From assembly GCA_022530585.1 (NCBI GenBank), contig CP092821.1, positions 585,525-649,524 on the forward strand: 64,000 nucleotides of DNA. The letters run 5' to 3'. Made by a program: the position numbers and the translations under genes. The notes under the pieces are model-generated. The model was given only the letters and a program-made list of their open reading frames with translations, did no database searches and was not told the origin of the DNA. The stretch comes from Candidatus Nealsonbacteria bacterium DGGOD1a. GTDB taxonomy: Bacteria > Patescibacteriota > Minisyncoccia > Minisyncoccales > UBA5738. Below, piece after piece: positions 8,851 through 17,652 of the stretch (positions within the stretch are counted from its first letter, which is position 1; each line of letters starts with the position of its first letter).

Positions 8851-8916
8851 TATGACAAACAATAAAATATCGCGAGATACGAGCGGTGTGAGAAAAAATT
8901 ATTTGAGCTCGCGGTT

Positions 8917-8949
8917 TAAAAATTTCAGAGGGGATGGCCTTTTGTTTGC
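8917..8949 (+). repeat. 33-bp perfect direct repeat, left copy (flanks the DUF2726 gene)
   Basis: taaaaatttcagaggggatggccttttgtttgc is identical at 10102-10134. Confidence 0.9.
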
Positions 8950-8983
8950 AAAAAAATTATAATAAATAGTTATCAAATTAAAT

Positions 8984-10057
8984 ATGGACTCTTTTGTTGA
9001 TTTTACGCCAATCTATAAAATGATGGCAGATATGTTCTTGGTTATTTTTAATACGCTATTTTGGGGATTTTTATCAATGTGGCCAGTATGGACTTTTGTT
9101 TTGGTTATTGTAATCATCGTGCTTTTAGAAAGAAAACACATAAGAAATTTTTTTGATTGGGCAGGCTGGGAATTCTTTGAGATTTTAACGCGAATTTTTG
9201 GCTTATATATCCTATATTTGCTTTTGTTATTTTTTTCTCAAAGAGATAATTTTTGGAAATGGGTTTTTTATGGTTCAATAGTTATGATTGTAATTGTAGC
9301 AATCTGCTCATTGATTAGTTCGATAAATGTTAGAATAATTAGAAAAAAAATTGAAATACTTATAACAGGCGTAAAAGAAAACAACCTTGAAGAAAGTATT
9401 TATAAATTTATCGATGAATATAGCCATAGTAGTAGAAAATTAACAAAATGGAACTATCGAGGATATTCATTTGATCCCTATAAATTGGAAGATTTATCGA
9501 ATATTCTTCAAGATAAGGGAATCAATGCTTCGGTGGCCGAAACTCTATATTTAGTAAAAAGATATATCGAAAAGCGCGAGCGAGCAGCAACTTTACTTAG
9601 TCTGGAAGGAATAAACAGATCAATAGCGAAGCAAAATGAAAGCAATTTTCCATATCAAATAAATAACAATTTCCTTACCGAGAATGAAAAGAAATTATAT
9701 TACGCATTAGAGAATTTTGGAAAGAAAAATAACTTCCACATCCTATCAAAGGTTAGGCTTGAGGATTTGCTTTATCTCCCGCTAAAAACGAAAAATCGCT
9801 GGAAATATCATAATAAAGTAAAATCATATCACATTGATTTTGTAATATGTGATTATCAAAGTTTAAAACCAAAAATTGCGATTGAACTTAATGATTCAAC
9901 CCATTCTCGCCCCGATAGACAAAAACGTGACAAATTTATTAAAGAAGTTTTCGAGAGTATAAATCTACCATTGCTGTGGATGGAAACTCATAATTTCTAT
10001 GATCCAAATGAAATTTCAACAAGAATATTGAATATATTAAACCCCAACCAAAATTAA
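8984..10057 (+). CDS. Membrane-anchored DUF2726-type (PD-(D/E)xK nuclease-like) protein
   Basis: N-terminal TM helices. The C-terminus NEKKLYYALE...ILSKVRLEDLL...HIDFVICD...IAIELNDSTH matches the DUF2726 pattern (recalled). Confidence 0.6.
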   Translation: MDSFVDFTPIYKMMADMFLVIFNTLFWGFLSMWPVWTFVLVIVIIVLLERKHIRNFFDWAGWEFFEILTRIFGLYILYLLLLFFSQRDNFWKWVFYGSIVMIVIVAICSLISSINVRIIRKKIEILITGVKENNLEESIYKFIDEYSHSSRKLTKWNYRGYSFDPYKLEDLSNILQDKGINASVAETLYLVKRYIEKRERAATLLSLEGINRSIAKQNESNFPYQINNNFLTENEKKLYYALENFGKKNNFHILSKVRLEDLLYLPLKTKNRWKYHNKVKSYHIDFVICDYQSLKPKIAIELNDSTHSRPDRQKRDKFIKEVFESINLPLLWMETHNFYDPNEISTRILNILNPNQN

Positions 10058-10101
10058 AGCCGTTCCAAATTTACCCCAAACGGACAGCGATTCGCCTTCA
10101 A

Positions 10102-10134
10102 TAAAAATTTCAGAGGGGATGGCCTTTTGTTTGC
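10102..10134 (+). repeat. 33-bp perfect direct repeat, right copy
   Basis: Identical to 8917-8949. Confidence 0.9.
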
Positions 10135-10241
10135 GAAAAAAACGGATCAAGGACGGTAAATTGGATTGAATCAGTACTTATTTAAATAAGTATTTAAATA
10201 AGTACTCGATATGGGTTGAAAAATTGGAGAGAAAAATATTT

Positions 10242-10726
10242 ATGATTATATTTATTAATGGTTCGATCAATGCCGGGAAAAGCACTGTTGCCAAGATATT
10301 GGCCGAGAGAATCGGTAACGCGGCTTTGGTTGAAATTGATGTCCTTAGGGAAATGATCGGATGGATGCCGATTGACCGGGCTGTTCCCATCAATCTCAAA
10401 AACGCGTTATCGGCAATTAAAAATTTTGCCGATGAAGGATTGAATATCATTGTTCCTTACCCGTTATCGCAGAAAAATTACGACTATTTGAAAAAGGAAT
10501 TAACGGGCATTGATTCGGATATCTTTTTTTCACGCTGGCGCCGGAATTGGCCAGGATATTAACAAACAGGGGCGGGCGGGAATTAAATGATTGGGAGCGG
10601 GATCGGATAAAATATCATTACCAAACAGGCATACAAAAACCTTCGTTCGGGAAAGTAATAGACAATACCAAACAAACTCCGGAAGAAACAGCCAATTTAA
10701 TATTTTCAATGATTTTTCACCGATAA
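10242..10726 (+). pseudogene. P-loop kinase-like protein broken by a frameshift at a T7 run (10524-10530)
   Basis: The Walker A motif GSINAGKST is in frame 1. The C-terminal half (TLAPELARILTNRGGRELNDWERDRIKYHYQ...EETANLIFSMI) continues in the next frame if one T is added. Confidence 0.6.
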
Positions 10727-10731
10727 TTTTT

Positions 10732-11226
10732 ATGGAAAAACCGGCTGGTAAAATTATTATGGGCAATGTGTGCTTTATTATTGATAGAAAAAACAATAAA
10801 GTGTTGTTGCTCAAAAGAAACCGCGCGCCGATGCAATCCATGTATACGGGCGTGGGCGGCAAAACCTTATCCAATGAAAGTCCGTTTGACTCTTGCGTTC
10901 GCGAGGCCAAAGAAGAAACCGGATTGGATATTTCGGAGGTTAAACTCAAGGGTGCGGTAAAAACAATTTTGGATGGAGGCGACTCTTCGTGGATTCTTTC
11001 GGTTTACACTGCCGGCGGTTTTTGCGGCGAGATGATTGAATGCGGTGAAGGAAAACTGGAATGGGTTGATATCAACTCCATCAATTCCCGCAAATTGATC
11101 GGGTTTATAGAAAAGATAATGCCGTATATTCTGGACGAGAGCGTAATCTTTGATGGAGTGATTATTCACGACATCAAAGGCAATGTTATCAAGGATAGCA
11201 TCAAAACATATTCGGCGCAGAATTAA
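10732..11226 (+). CDS. NUDIX hydrolase
   Basis: Nudix box GVGGKTLSNESPFDSCVREAKEETGL. The start was chosen at an in-frame ATG after the kinase-like stop. Confidence 0.75.
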   Translation: MEKPAGKIIMGNVCFIIDRKNNKVLLLKRNRAPMQSMYTGVGGKTLSNESPFDSCVREAKEETGLDISEVKLKGAVKTILDGGDSSWILSVYTAGGFCGEMIECGEGKLEWVDINSINSRKLIGFIEKIMPYILDESVIFDGVIIHDIKGNVIKDSIKTYSAQN

Positions 11227-11418
11227 AACTATGAATAAAAAAATTATATTTATGGCGACAGCCGTTGTTCTGGCGGCGGCGGCATGATTAGCGTTTATTT
11301 TTGGCGGTAACCACATTGATGGTTTTTTTGCAGATCATCGCATGGAGAATGAATTGGCTGTCGGGATACTGGTTGTTATGCTATAATTAAATCGCGACGA
11401 CAAATAAATATAAAGAAT

Positions 11419-11766
11419 ATGAAAATAATTAAGTGGACGGCGAGAATAAGCGCGCTTATCATCTTGGTTTTTGGTTTGTTGTTTTATTTCGGCTACGGAA
11501 ACCCTCTGCCGTTCGCCAATCCGAACTATTCATTGTGGGAAAATGTCGCACTGGCGATGATGCCTTTGATTTTTATCGGACTCGCTTTGGGTTGGAAATA
11601 TGAAAAAACCGGAGGTTATCTCGTGGTCATTCCAATGGCGATAGGTTTCTTGGTGGGACTGGCAACCGCCGCGAATTTCAGCGTCAATATGCTTTGGCCG
11701 CTGATTCCGGGAGGGTTGTATCTGGTATCGGGATATATGAATAATTCCCTGACAAAAAAATCTTAG
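11419..11766 (+). CDS. Small integral membrane protein
   Basis: 115 aa with 3-4 hydrophobic helices. Confidence 0.55.
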   Translation: MKIIKWTARISALIILVFGLLFYFGYGNPLPFANPNYSLWENVALAMMPLIFIGLALGWKYEKTGGYLVVIPMAIGFLVGLATAANFSVNMLWPLIPGGLYLVSGYMNNSLTKKS

Positions 11767-11968
11767 AGGCTGTCTGAAAACTCCATTCAACTGCAATTTC
11801 CATATTTCGGCTGCGCCGAATTCATCAGTTGTCGGCAGACTTAGCTTAAGTATGCCTCCGCCTTCTTCATTCGGCTCGCATATTTCGCTATGCGAAATCG
11901 CTTCTGCCCCGAAATCTGAAAATTTCGTTCTGAATGGAGTTTTCAGACAGCCTCTTAGCAAGCTTTGC
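11762..11968. repeat. ~200-bp long-hairpin (MITE-like) element P1 with 25-bp perfect terminal inverted repeats
   Basis: agaggctgtctgaaaactccattca (11765-11789) pairs with tgaatggagttttcagacagcctct (11941-11965). The stop codon of the upstream gene lies inside the left arm. Confidence 0.8.
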
Positions 11969-12153
11969 CATTTCCAGTGTAAGTTTACGCCGACAAAACA
12001 CTCCGGGAAATCATCCCGGGGCATTGTTTAACTGTTTATTTAAAGAAATAATTTTTAGCGCGGCAATCTCGATTGGCCGTCTCGACCATGATTTTCGGGG
12101 ATCAGCTCACTTACGCTAAACGATCTAAAATAAGCGTTTTATAACAATTTTTA

Positions 12154-12654
12154 ATGACAATTGATGATTTGAAAAAGCTTGCGCGGGAAATAATCGCGGA
12201 GGCGCAACGACTAAAAATCGCGCATACTTCTGAAGATAAAGCGCCAGTCAATTATGCCTGCGCATTTGCCCGCCGCGTCGCGGAATACGAAGAAATGGTT
12301 GATTTGGCCCGCCAACTGGGCCCGATTGCGCGAAATACGGCGATGGGACCGGTTTTCCATATTGATCCTTTGCCCACCGTGGCGGGCAGCCTGGAACTGT
12401 TGAAAATCCGGCGGCCCGACACAAAGCGAAGGGAGAGAGGCGATGCGGATTTTACCGTGGCGAATTATGAAAATTTTAAAAAGAAATATCTTGGCAAGCC
12501 GGAATTTGGCATTATCAAACGCCCCGAAATGGAAATGGTCGAGCTGATCGACCCGACATACGACGCCCTTGCGTACTTCTCGCATCCCACACTTGTCGAA
12601 GTTATAAGAATCAATCTCGACAAAAAAATAGCCGAAACTGTCGAAACCGATTGA
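12154..12654 (+). CDS. Hypothetical protein (166 aa)
   Basis: ORF only. Confidence 0.5.
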   Translation: MTIDDLKKLAREIIAEAQRLKIAHTSEDKAPVNYACAFARRVAEYEEMVDLARQLGPIARNTAMGPVFHIDPLPTVAGSLELLKIRRPDTKRRERGDADFTVANYENFKKKYLGKPEFGIIKRPEMEMVELIDPTYDALAYFSHPTLVEVIRINLDKKIAETVETD

Positions 12655-12739
12655 TTTTATTTTTAACGGCATGGATGGCCCCAAAATCCGGCCGGCGTTC
12701 AATCTCTTTTTGAACACTACGAAACCAAAAAGCAACACA

Positions 12740-13399
12740 ATGGATATAAATATAAAAATCAAAGACCCGGTTAGCGGTTATTCTCATTTGGTTGGCGCGG
12801 TTTTGGTGTTTATCGGCACAATCGCCCTTGCGTTAAAAGCGGACGGCGCGCTCCAAATGTTTTCGTTTCTGGTTTTTGGCATTTCGGCAACCTTGCTCTA
12901 CGCGAGCAGCGCCTGGTACCATTTGTTTGGCGCGTCGGCCGAAAAAATCGGCCTGATGCGCAAACTGGATCATGCTTTTATTTATATTTTGATCGCGGGA
13001 ACCTTCACGCCGTTCTGCTTGATATTGATGGGCGGACTCTGGGGCATTATCCTTTTTGCCATAATATGGACTTTGGCCGCGATTGGAACCGGCGCGATTT
13101 TTTTTCAATCATTCTGGAAATTTTTCCCGCGCTGGGCCTATACGGGACTTTATCTGTTGATGGGATGGATCGCCCTTTTGCTGATATACCCGCTGCGGAA
13201 ACATCATGCCGTCATTGGTCTGTTGTTGCTCGGAGGAATTTTTTACACGATTGGCGCCGCGATTTACGCCCGCAAAAAACCGAACATCGGCAAAGCGATC
13301 GGTTTCCACGAACTTTTCCATTTCTTCGTGCTGGCCGGCACGCTGGCGCATTTTTATTGCGTCTGGCGCTACATCGCGATGCTGGGAAATAAAATCTAG
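12740..13399 (+). CDS. Hemolysin III / PAQR family membrane protein
   Basis: Seven TM segments. SAWYH, LDHAFIY and HELFHFFV motifs. Confidence 0.75.
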   Translation: MDINIKIKDPVSGYSHLVGAVLVFIGTIALALKADGALQMFSFLVFGISATLLYASSAWYHLFGASAEKIGLMRKLDHAFIYILIAGTFTPFCLILMGGLWGIILFAIIWTLAAIGTGAIFFQSFWKFFPRWAYTGLYLLMGWIALLLIYPLRKHHAVIGLLLLGGIFYTIGAAIYARKKPNIGKAIGFHELFHFFVLAGTLAHFYCVWRYIAMLGNKI

Positions 13400-13468
13400 C
13401 ATTTGCCCCCGGCTTGGTCTGCGCCGCGCTTGAAATAATTTTTTTTTGCGTTAATATCTAGTTATATT

Positions 13469-13687
13469 ATGAAAAAGATTGATTTAAAAAATGTGGTCTG
13501 GAAGGAAGGTAAGTATTATGTGGCGTGGAACTTAAACACTGCCATTTCCAGTTTTGGCAAAACCCGCAAGGAAGCGTTGGAGTGTTTGCGGGAAGCGCTG
13601 GAATTGCATTTTGAAGACGCGCCCGCTTCCACGATCAATAAGGTTGAACGGCCGGATTTGGTACCAACCAGTTTTAAATATGCCTAA
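13469..13687 (+). CDS. hicB: HicB-like antitoxin
   Basis: 72 aa. WKEGKYYVAW...GKTRKEALECLREALELHFED. Overlaps hicA by 8 nt. Confidence 0.65.
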   Translation: MKKIDLKNVVWKEGKYYVAWNLNTAISSFGKTRKEALECLREALELHFEDAPASTINKVERPDLVPTSFKYA

Positions 13688-13895
13688 GCCGATACCCTTG
13701 AAATCAGTTTTGAAAGTCCTTAAAGAAAGGGGCTTCTTTTTTATCCGACAAAAAGGTTCGCACGCGCGGTTCCGCAAAATCGGCAATCCAACCCGCAATG
13801 TTACGGTTAAAACAACTTGCAATGAAATCCCGTATGGCACTTTTCAATCAATACTCCTCCAATCCGGTTTAAAAGAAGAGGATTTTTTTAATTAA
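13680..13895 (+). CDS. hicA: HicA mRNA interferase toxin
   Basis: MPKPIPLKSVLKVLKERGFFFIRQKGSHARFRK; the YcfA/HicA GSH motif. Confidence 0.75.
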   Translation: MPKPIPLKSVLKVLKERGFFFIRQKGSHARFRKIGNPTRNVTVKTTCNEIPYGTFQSILLQSGLKEEDFFN

Positions 13896-14010
13896 AAAAT
13901 ACATTGATGTCGGGGTATTAACCCCGCCATCGACCAAAGGATGTTTCCTTTGGAATTCTCATTCTTTTTGTTCCCCGCGGCAAGTTGACGAGGTATAAAA
14001 AGAATAAATC
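13896..14010 (-). repeat. Three-hairpin interspersed element, subfamily F1, copy A
   Basis: aaaaatacattgatgtcggggtattaaccccgccatcgaccaaaggatgtttcctttggaat.ctcattctttttgttccccgcgg..gctgacg.ggtataaaaagaataaat. The strand given is the G-U-compatible strand. Confidence 0.85.
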
Positions 14011-14015
14011 TCGCC

Positions 14016-14251
14016 ATGTATTTTGTCTACCTTATCCAATGCGGCGACGACAGTATTTACACCGGCATTGCCACGGATGTGACGCAACGGTTCGAAAAAC
14101 ACAAAAACAAAAATGGCGGACATTGTACCGCCAGCCGCGGGACAAAAAAATAATCTATTCCGAAAAATACGCCGCCCGGTTATTGGCCTCAAAGCGGAAA
14201 ACTGAAATCAAAAGCTGGGCTCGCGCAAGAAAACTTCGTTTGGTCAAATGA
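14016..14251 (+). pseudogene. Second GIY-YIG nuclease gene, frameshifted in an A7 run (14144-14150)
   Basis: Frame 1 reads MYFVYLIQCGDDSIYTGIATDVTQRFEKHKNKNGGHCTASRGTKK*. The next frame continues [29 protein letters not shown]. One extra A would restore it. Confidence 0.7.
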
Positions 14252-14255
14252 CATT

Positions 14256-16118
14256 ATGAAATCTTTGCTTAAACAATATTTTGGCTATGATGAGTTCCGG
14301 CCTTTGCAGGAGGAGATTGTCAATCACATCATTGCGGGAAACGATGCGTTTGTTTTGATGCCCACGGGCGGGGGAAAGTCGCTTTGCTATCAACTGCCCG
14401 CGCTAAAATTCGCGGGGCTGACCTTGGTGATCTCGCCTTTGATCGCCTTAATGAAAGACCAAGTGGACGCGCTGAAAACCAACGGCGTGGACGCGGAATT
14501 CATAAATTCATCGCTGTCGCCAAAGCAAACCGCGGAAGTTTTTGGCCGCGTTAAAAGCGGCGCGGTTAAAATTTTATATGTTGCGCCGGAAAGATTTGCT
14601 TTGAGCGCCTTTCAGGAATTTTTAAAAAGCTTGAATATCAGTTTGATCGCGGTGGACGAAGCGCATTGCATTTCCGAATGGGGCCATGATTTCCGGCCCG
14701 ATTACCGCCATTTGAGCCGACTCAAAGAACTTTTCCCAACGGTACCGCTGGTGGCCCTAACCGCCACGGCCACCAAAAAAGTGCGCGAAGATATTGCCGG
14801 CCAGCTGCAATTGCGAAGCGCGCGAGTTTTTGTTTCCAGTTTCAACCGCGAAAATCTGCATCTGCGGGTGGTCGAAAAGAAACAAGCTTTTCCGAAATTG
14901 CTGAATCTTCTGCAAAATTACCGCGATGAACCGGCAATCATCTACTGTTTTTCGCGCCGGGAAACCGAAGAAATCGCCCAGGATTTGCGCGCGCACCGAT
15001 TCAAAGCCGAAGCCTACCACGCCGGATTGAGCGCCAAGGATCGCAACCGAACGCAAGAACTGTTTATTAAAGACGAGATAAGCGTGATCGTAGCCACGAT
15101 CGCTTTCGGCATGGGCATCGACAAGCCGGATGTGCGATTGGTGGTGCATTATACTTACCCCAAAACCCTTGAGGGTTACTATCAAGAAATCGGCCGCGCC
15201 GGGCGCGACGGCCTGGCCAGCGAATGCGTTTTGTTTTACACCTATGCCGATACCCGGAAACACGAATTTTTCATCAACCAAATCGAAGACGGCGACGCGC
15301 AAAAACGAGCGATGGCTAAATTGCGCGAGGTAATGAATTATGCCGAATTGAGTTCTTGCCGGAAAAAATATATTTTAAGATATTTTGGCGAAGATCTTGC
15401 GGCCGATAACTGCCAAGGATGCGATGTTTGCGTCGAGAAAAACGCGGCCAAAACAACCCCGGCGGGAAATGACCGAAACTTCGACGGCACAATTGTCGCC
15501 AAAAAGATTATTTCAGCCGTTATCCGGCTTCATGGCCGCTTCGGTAAAAATTATGCGGCCGATGTCCTGTTGGGAAAAAGAACCCAAAAGATAACGGCAA
15601 ACCGGCACAACCGGCTTTCGGTATATGGAATTGTCGGCGATTTTTCAAAAAACGAACTTCTGCAAATTATGGATCAACTGGTGAATCTGGGTTTGCTGGC
15701 AAGGAAAGAAGGGCTTTACCCGGTTTTATCGGCCACCCGGAAGGGATTGATTTTCGCGCAAGGCGGCGAACGGCTTGAATTGCGAAAATTGATTGAAAAA
15801 GAAACCGAACCCGCCAATATCCCAGAAACCAAAAAAGACAACGCCGCTTTCAATCGGGAACTGTTCGAAAAACTGCGCGCTTTGCGCAAGGAACTGGCCG
15901 ATAAAGCCGGCGTACCGCCATTTGTTGTTTTCAGCAATGTATCGCTTCAGGAAATGGCTTATTATTTGCCGCAAACCACCGACGATTTCGGCCGCATCAA
16001 CGGCGTGGGCGCAATGAAGCAGAAACAATTCGGAAAGATATTTCTTGCCGCGATAAACAAATTTGCCAAAGAAAACAATACCGGCGGAATAAAAAATACA
16101 TCGATGTCGGGGTATTAA
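14256..16118 (+). CDS. recQ: ATP-dependent DNA helicase RecQ
   Basis: [29 protein letters not shown], the zinc motif CRK...C..CDVC, and a C-terminal HRDC-like region. Confidence 0.9.
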   Translation: MKSLLKQYFGYDEFRPLQEEIVNHIIAGNDAFVLMPTGGGKSLCYQLPALKFAGLTLVISPLIALMKDQVDALKTNGVDAEFINSSLSPKQTAEVFGRVKSGAVKILYVAPERFALSAFQEFLKSLNISLIAVDEAHCISEWGHDFRPDYRHLSRLKELFPTVPLVALTATATKKVREDIAGQLQLRSARVFVSSFNRENLHLRVVEKKQAFPKLLNLLQNYRDEPAIIYCFSRRETEEIAQDLRAHRFKAEAYHAGLSAKDRNRTQELFIKDEISVIVATIAFGMGIDKPDVRLVVHYTYPKTLEGYYQEIGRAGRDGLASECVLFYTYADTRKHEFFINQIEDGDAQKRAMAKLREVMNYAELSSCRKKYILRYFGEDLAADNCQGCDVCVEKNAAKTTPAGNDRNFDGTIVAKKIISAVIRLHGRFGKNYAADVLLGKRTQKITANRHNRLSVYGIVGDFSKNELLQIMDQLVNLGLLARKEGLYPVLSATRKGLIFAQGGERLELRKLIEKETEPANIPETKKDNAAFNRELFEKLRALRKELADKAGVPPFVVFSNVSLQEMAYYLPQTTDDFGRINGVGAMKQKQFGKIFLAAINKFAKENNTGGIKNTSMSGY

Positions 16119-16195
16119 CCTCGCCATCGACCAAAGGATGTTTCCTTTGGAATCCTCATTCTTTTTGTTCCCCGCGGCGAGCTGACGGGTAAAAA
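16091..16195 (-). repeat. Three-hairpin element, subfamily F1, copy B (overlaps the recQ 3' end)
   Basis: Same consensus as copy A. The last recQ codons (KNTSMSGY*) and the stop are read from the element. Confidence 0.85.
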
Positions 16196-16240
16196 AACAG
16201 CATATGAACGCGGCCGGTGGCAATCGCCATTTGCCACGGC

Positions 16241-16392
16241 AACCCCTCACTGGGAATGGAATTTCAAGGGTCTATCCCTCGTTAATGCGAGGGTTAGACC
16301 CTTGAAATTCACCCCGAATGCTTTCTTGCCAGGGTCTAACCCCTGCGATTACACAGGGGATAGACCCTTAAAATACAAACTCCAGTGAGTGG
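16241..16392. repeat. Composite palindromic element, family C, copy 1
   Basis: Termini aacccctcactggg / ccagtgagtgg enclose two hairpins, gggtctatccctc..gagggttagaccc and gggtctaacccctg..caggggatagaccc. Confidence 0.75.
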
Positions 16393-16428
16393 TTTTGCCA
16401 CGCTATCGACATTTTCAGGCAAATGTAT

Positions 16429-17557
16429 TATTGACCTTCGCATAATAACTTGACTATAATCGCCTTTGTGGGATAATGAAGGTATATGAAAAATCGTAAA
16501 TCTTCACCATCTTGCAAAAGCAAAGATGATCTTCAGAAAAGAAGAATCAAAGCGATAAAGCTTTGGGAAAAAGGCCAAACCCAATATAAAATCGCCAAAA
16601 AACTGGGAGTCAGTTTTGAAGCGGTGAGCAATTGGGTGGAAGCATACAAAGCCCAAGGATGGGATGGCCTGAAAAGCAAAGGCAATCCCGGGCCGGATTC
16701 CAAATTGACCCAAGAGGAAAAACGCGAAATCAAAAAAGCGATCCTCAAAGGAGCGCAAAAGCAGGGATATGCCACCGATCTTTGGACGCTGGCAAGACTG
16801 CGAGATCTGATCAAAAAGATATCGGGAACAAAATATCACCCCGGCCATGTCTGGAGGGTGGTAATCTCGCTGGGTTTTACCAGCCAAAAACCCGAAATCA
16901 AAGCCAAAGAAAGAGATGAGAAAGCCATCAAAACTTGGAGAGTAAAAACCTTTCCAAGGTTAAAAAAAATGGGCGCAAAAACATCATTTTAAGCTGGGAT
17001 TCCATGATGAATCGGGAATTTCCGACCGCCCCACGGTCAGAAAAACCTGGGCGATTAAAGGCAAAACGCCGGTAATCAAATCCACCGGATCGTGGGCCGC
17101 AATGAGTTTGACGGCAACGCTGGTTTGCGCGCCGGCAGGAAGCAATCCGGCGATGTTTTTGAAAAGCAAAAAAGGAAGCGTCAAAAAAGAAGATGTGCTT
17201 GTATATTTAAAATTATTAAAATACTGGTTTAAGGGAAAAAGATTGCTTCTTTTCTGGGATGGATTGGCGGCACATCGCGCCAAGATCGTCAAAGAATATT
17301 TAAAAACTCAAAAATACTGGTTGCGAGTTGAGAGATTTCCGGCCTACGCGCCCGAGCTTAATCCCGTTGAATATTTTTGGGCGGCGATGAAAAACAAATA
17401 TGTCTGCAACTTGCGGCCGCAAGGCCTGCCCGCCCTGGGGCGGGCGGTCAAATCCGGCAAACGCAAGATCGCCGGAGACAAAGAATTAATGAAAGGATTT
17501 TTAAAGGCTTCCGAATTATATTGATATGATAGTCAATCTATTATGCGAAGGTCAATA
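16429..17557 (+). mobile_element. IS630-family insertion sequence (~1.13 kb)
   Basis: 19-bp perfect TIR: tattgaccttcgcataata at 16429-16447, and its reverse complement at 17539-17557. Encloses the transposase. Confidence 0.85.
16486..17524 (+). CDS. IS630-family DDE transposase in two frames, joined at the A8 run 16962-16969
   Basis: N-terminal HTH (QYKIAKKLGVSFEAVSNWV). The second frame reads FHDESGISDRP...LFWDGLAAHRAK...APELNPVEYFW. The join needs +1 slippage, or one A fewer. Confidence 0.8.
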
Positions 17558-17652
17558 GTATAAAAAAATTTAAAACCGCAAAACAAAAATTCAGTGCCGG
17601 ATTAACCCTGACGATCGGGCAATGAATTATGTGGCGCAGTCAACGGAAAAAT

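Noticed and set aside
11231-11390. Small ORF with an in-frame TGA (MNKKIIFMATAVVLAAAA*LAFIFGG...), hinting at TGA recoding
   Set aside because: All long genes are intact under the standard code, and TGA is used as a genuine stop (for example 8464-8466 and 56866-56868). A single short ORF is insufficient evidence.
12211-12762. 183-aa minus-strand ORF
   Set aside because: It is antisense to the 12154-12654 ORF and the start of the hemolysin III gene. It has Phe/Ile/Arg-rich shadow composition.
16241-16392. Possible CRISPR array among the palindromic repeats (also at 35967-36134)
   Set aside because: There are only two hairpin units per locus and the units are inverted, not direct. There is no regular repeat-spacer periodicity and no cas genes.
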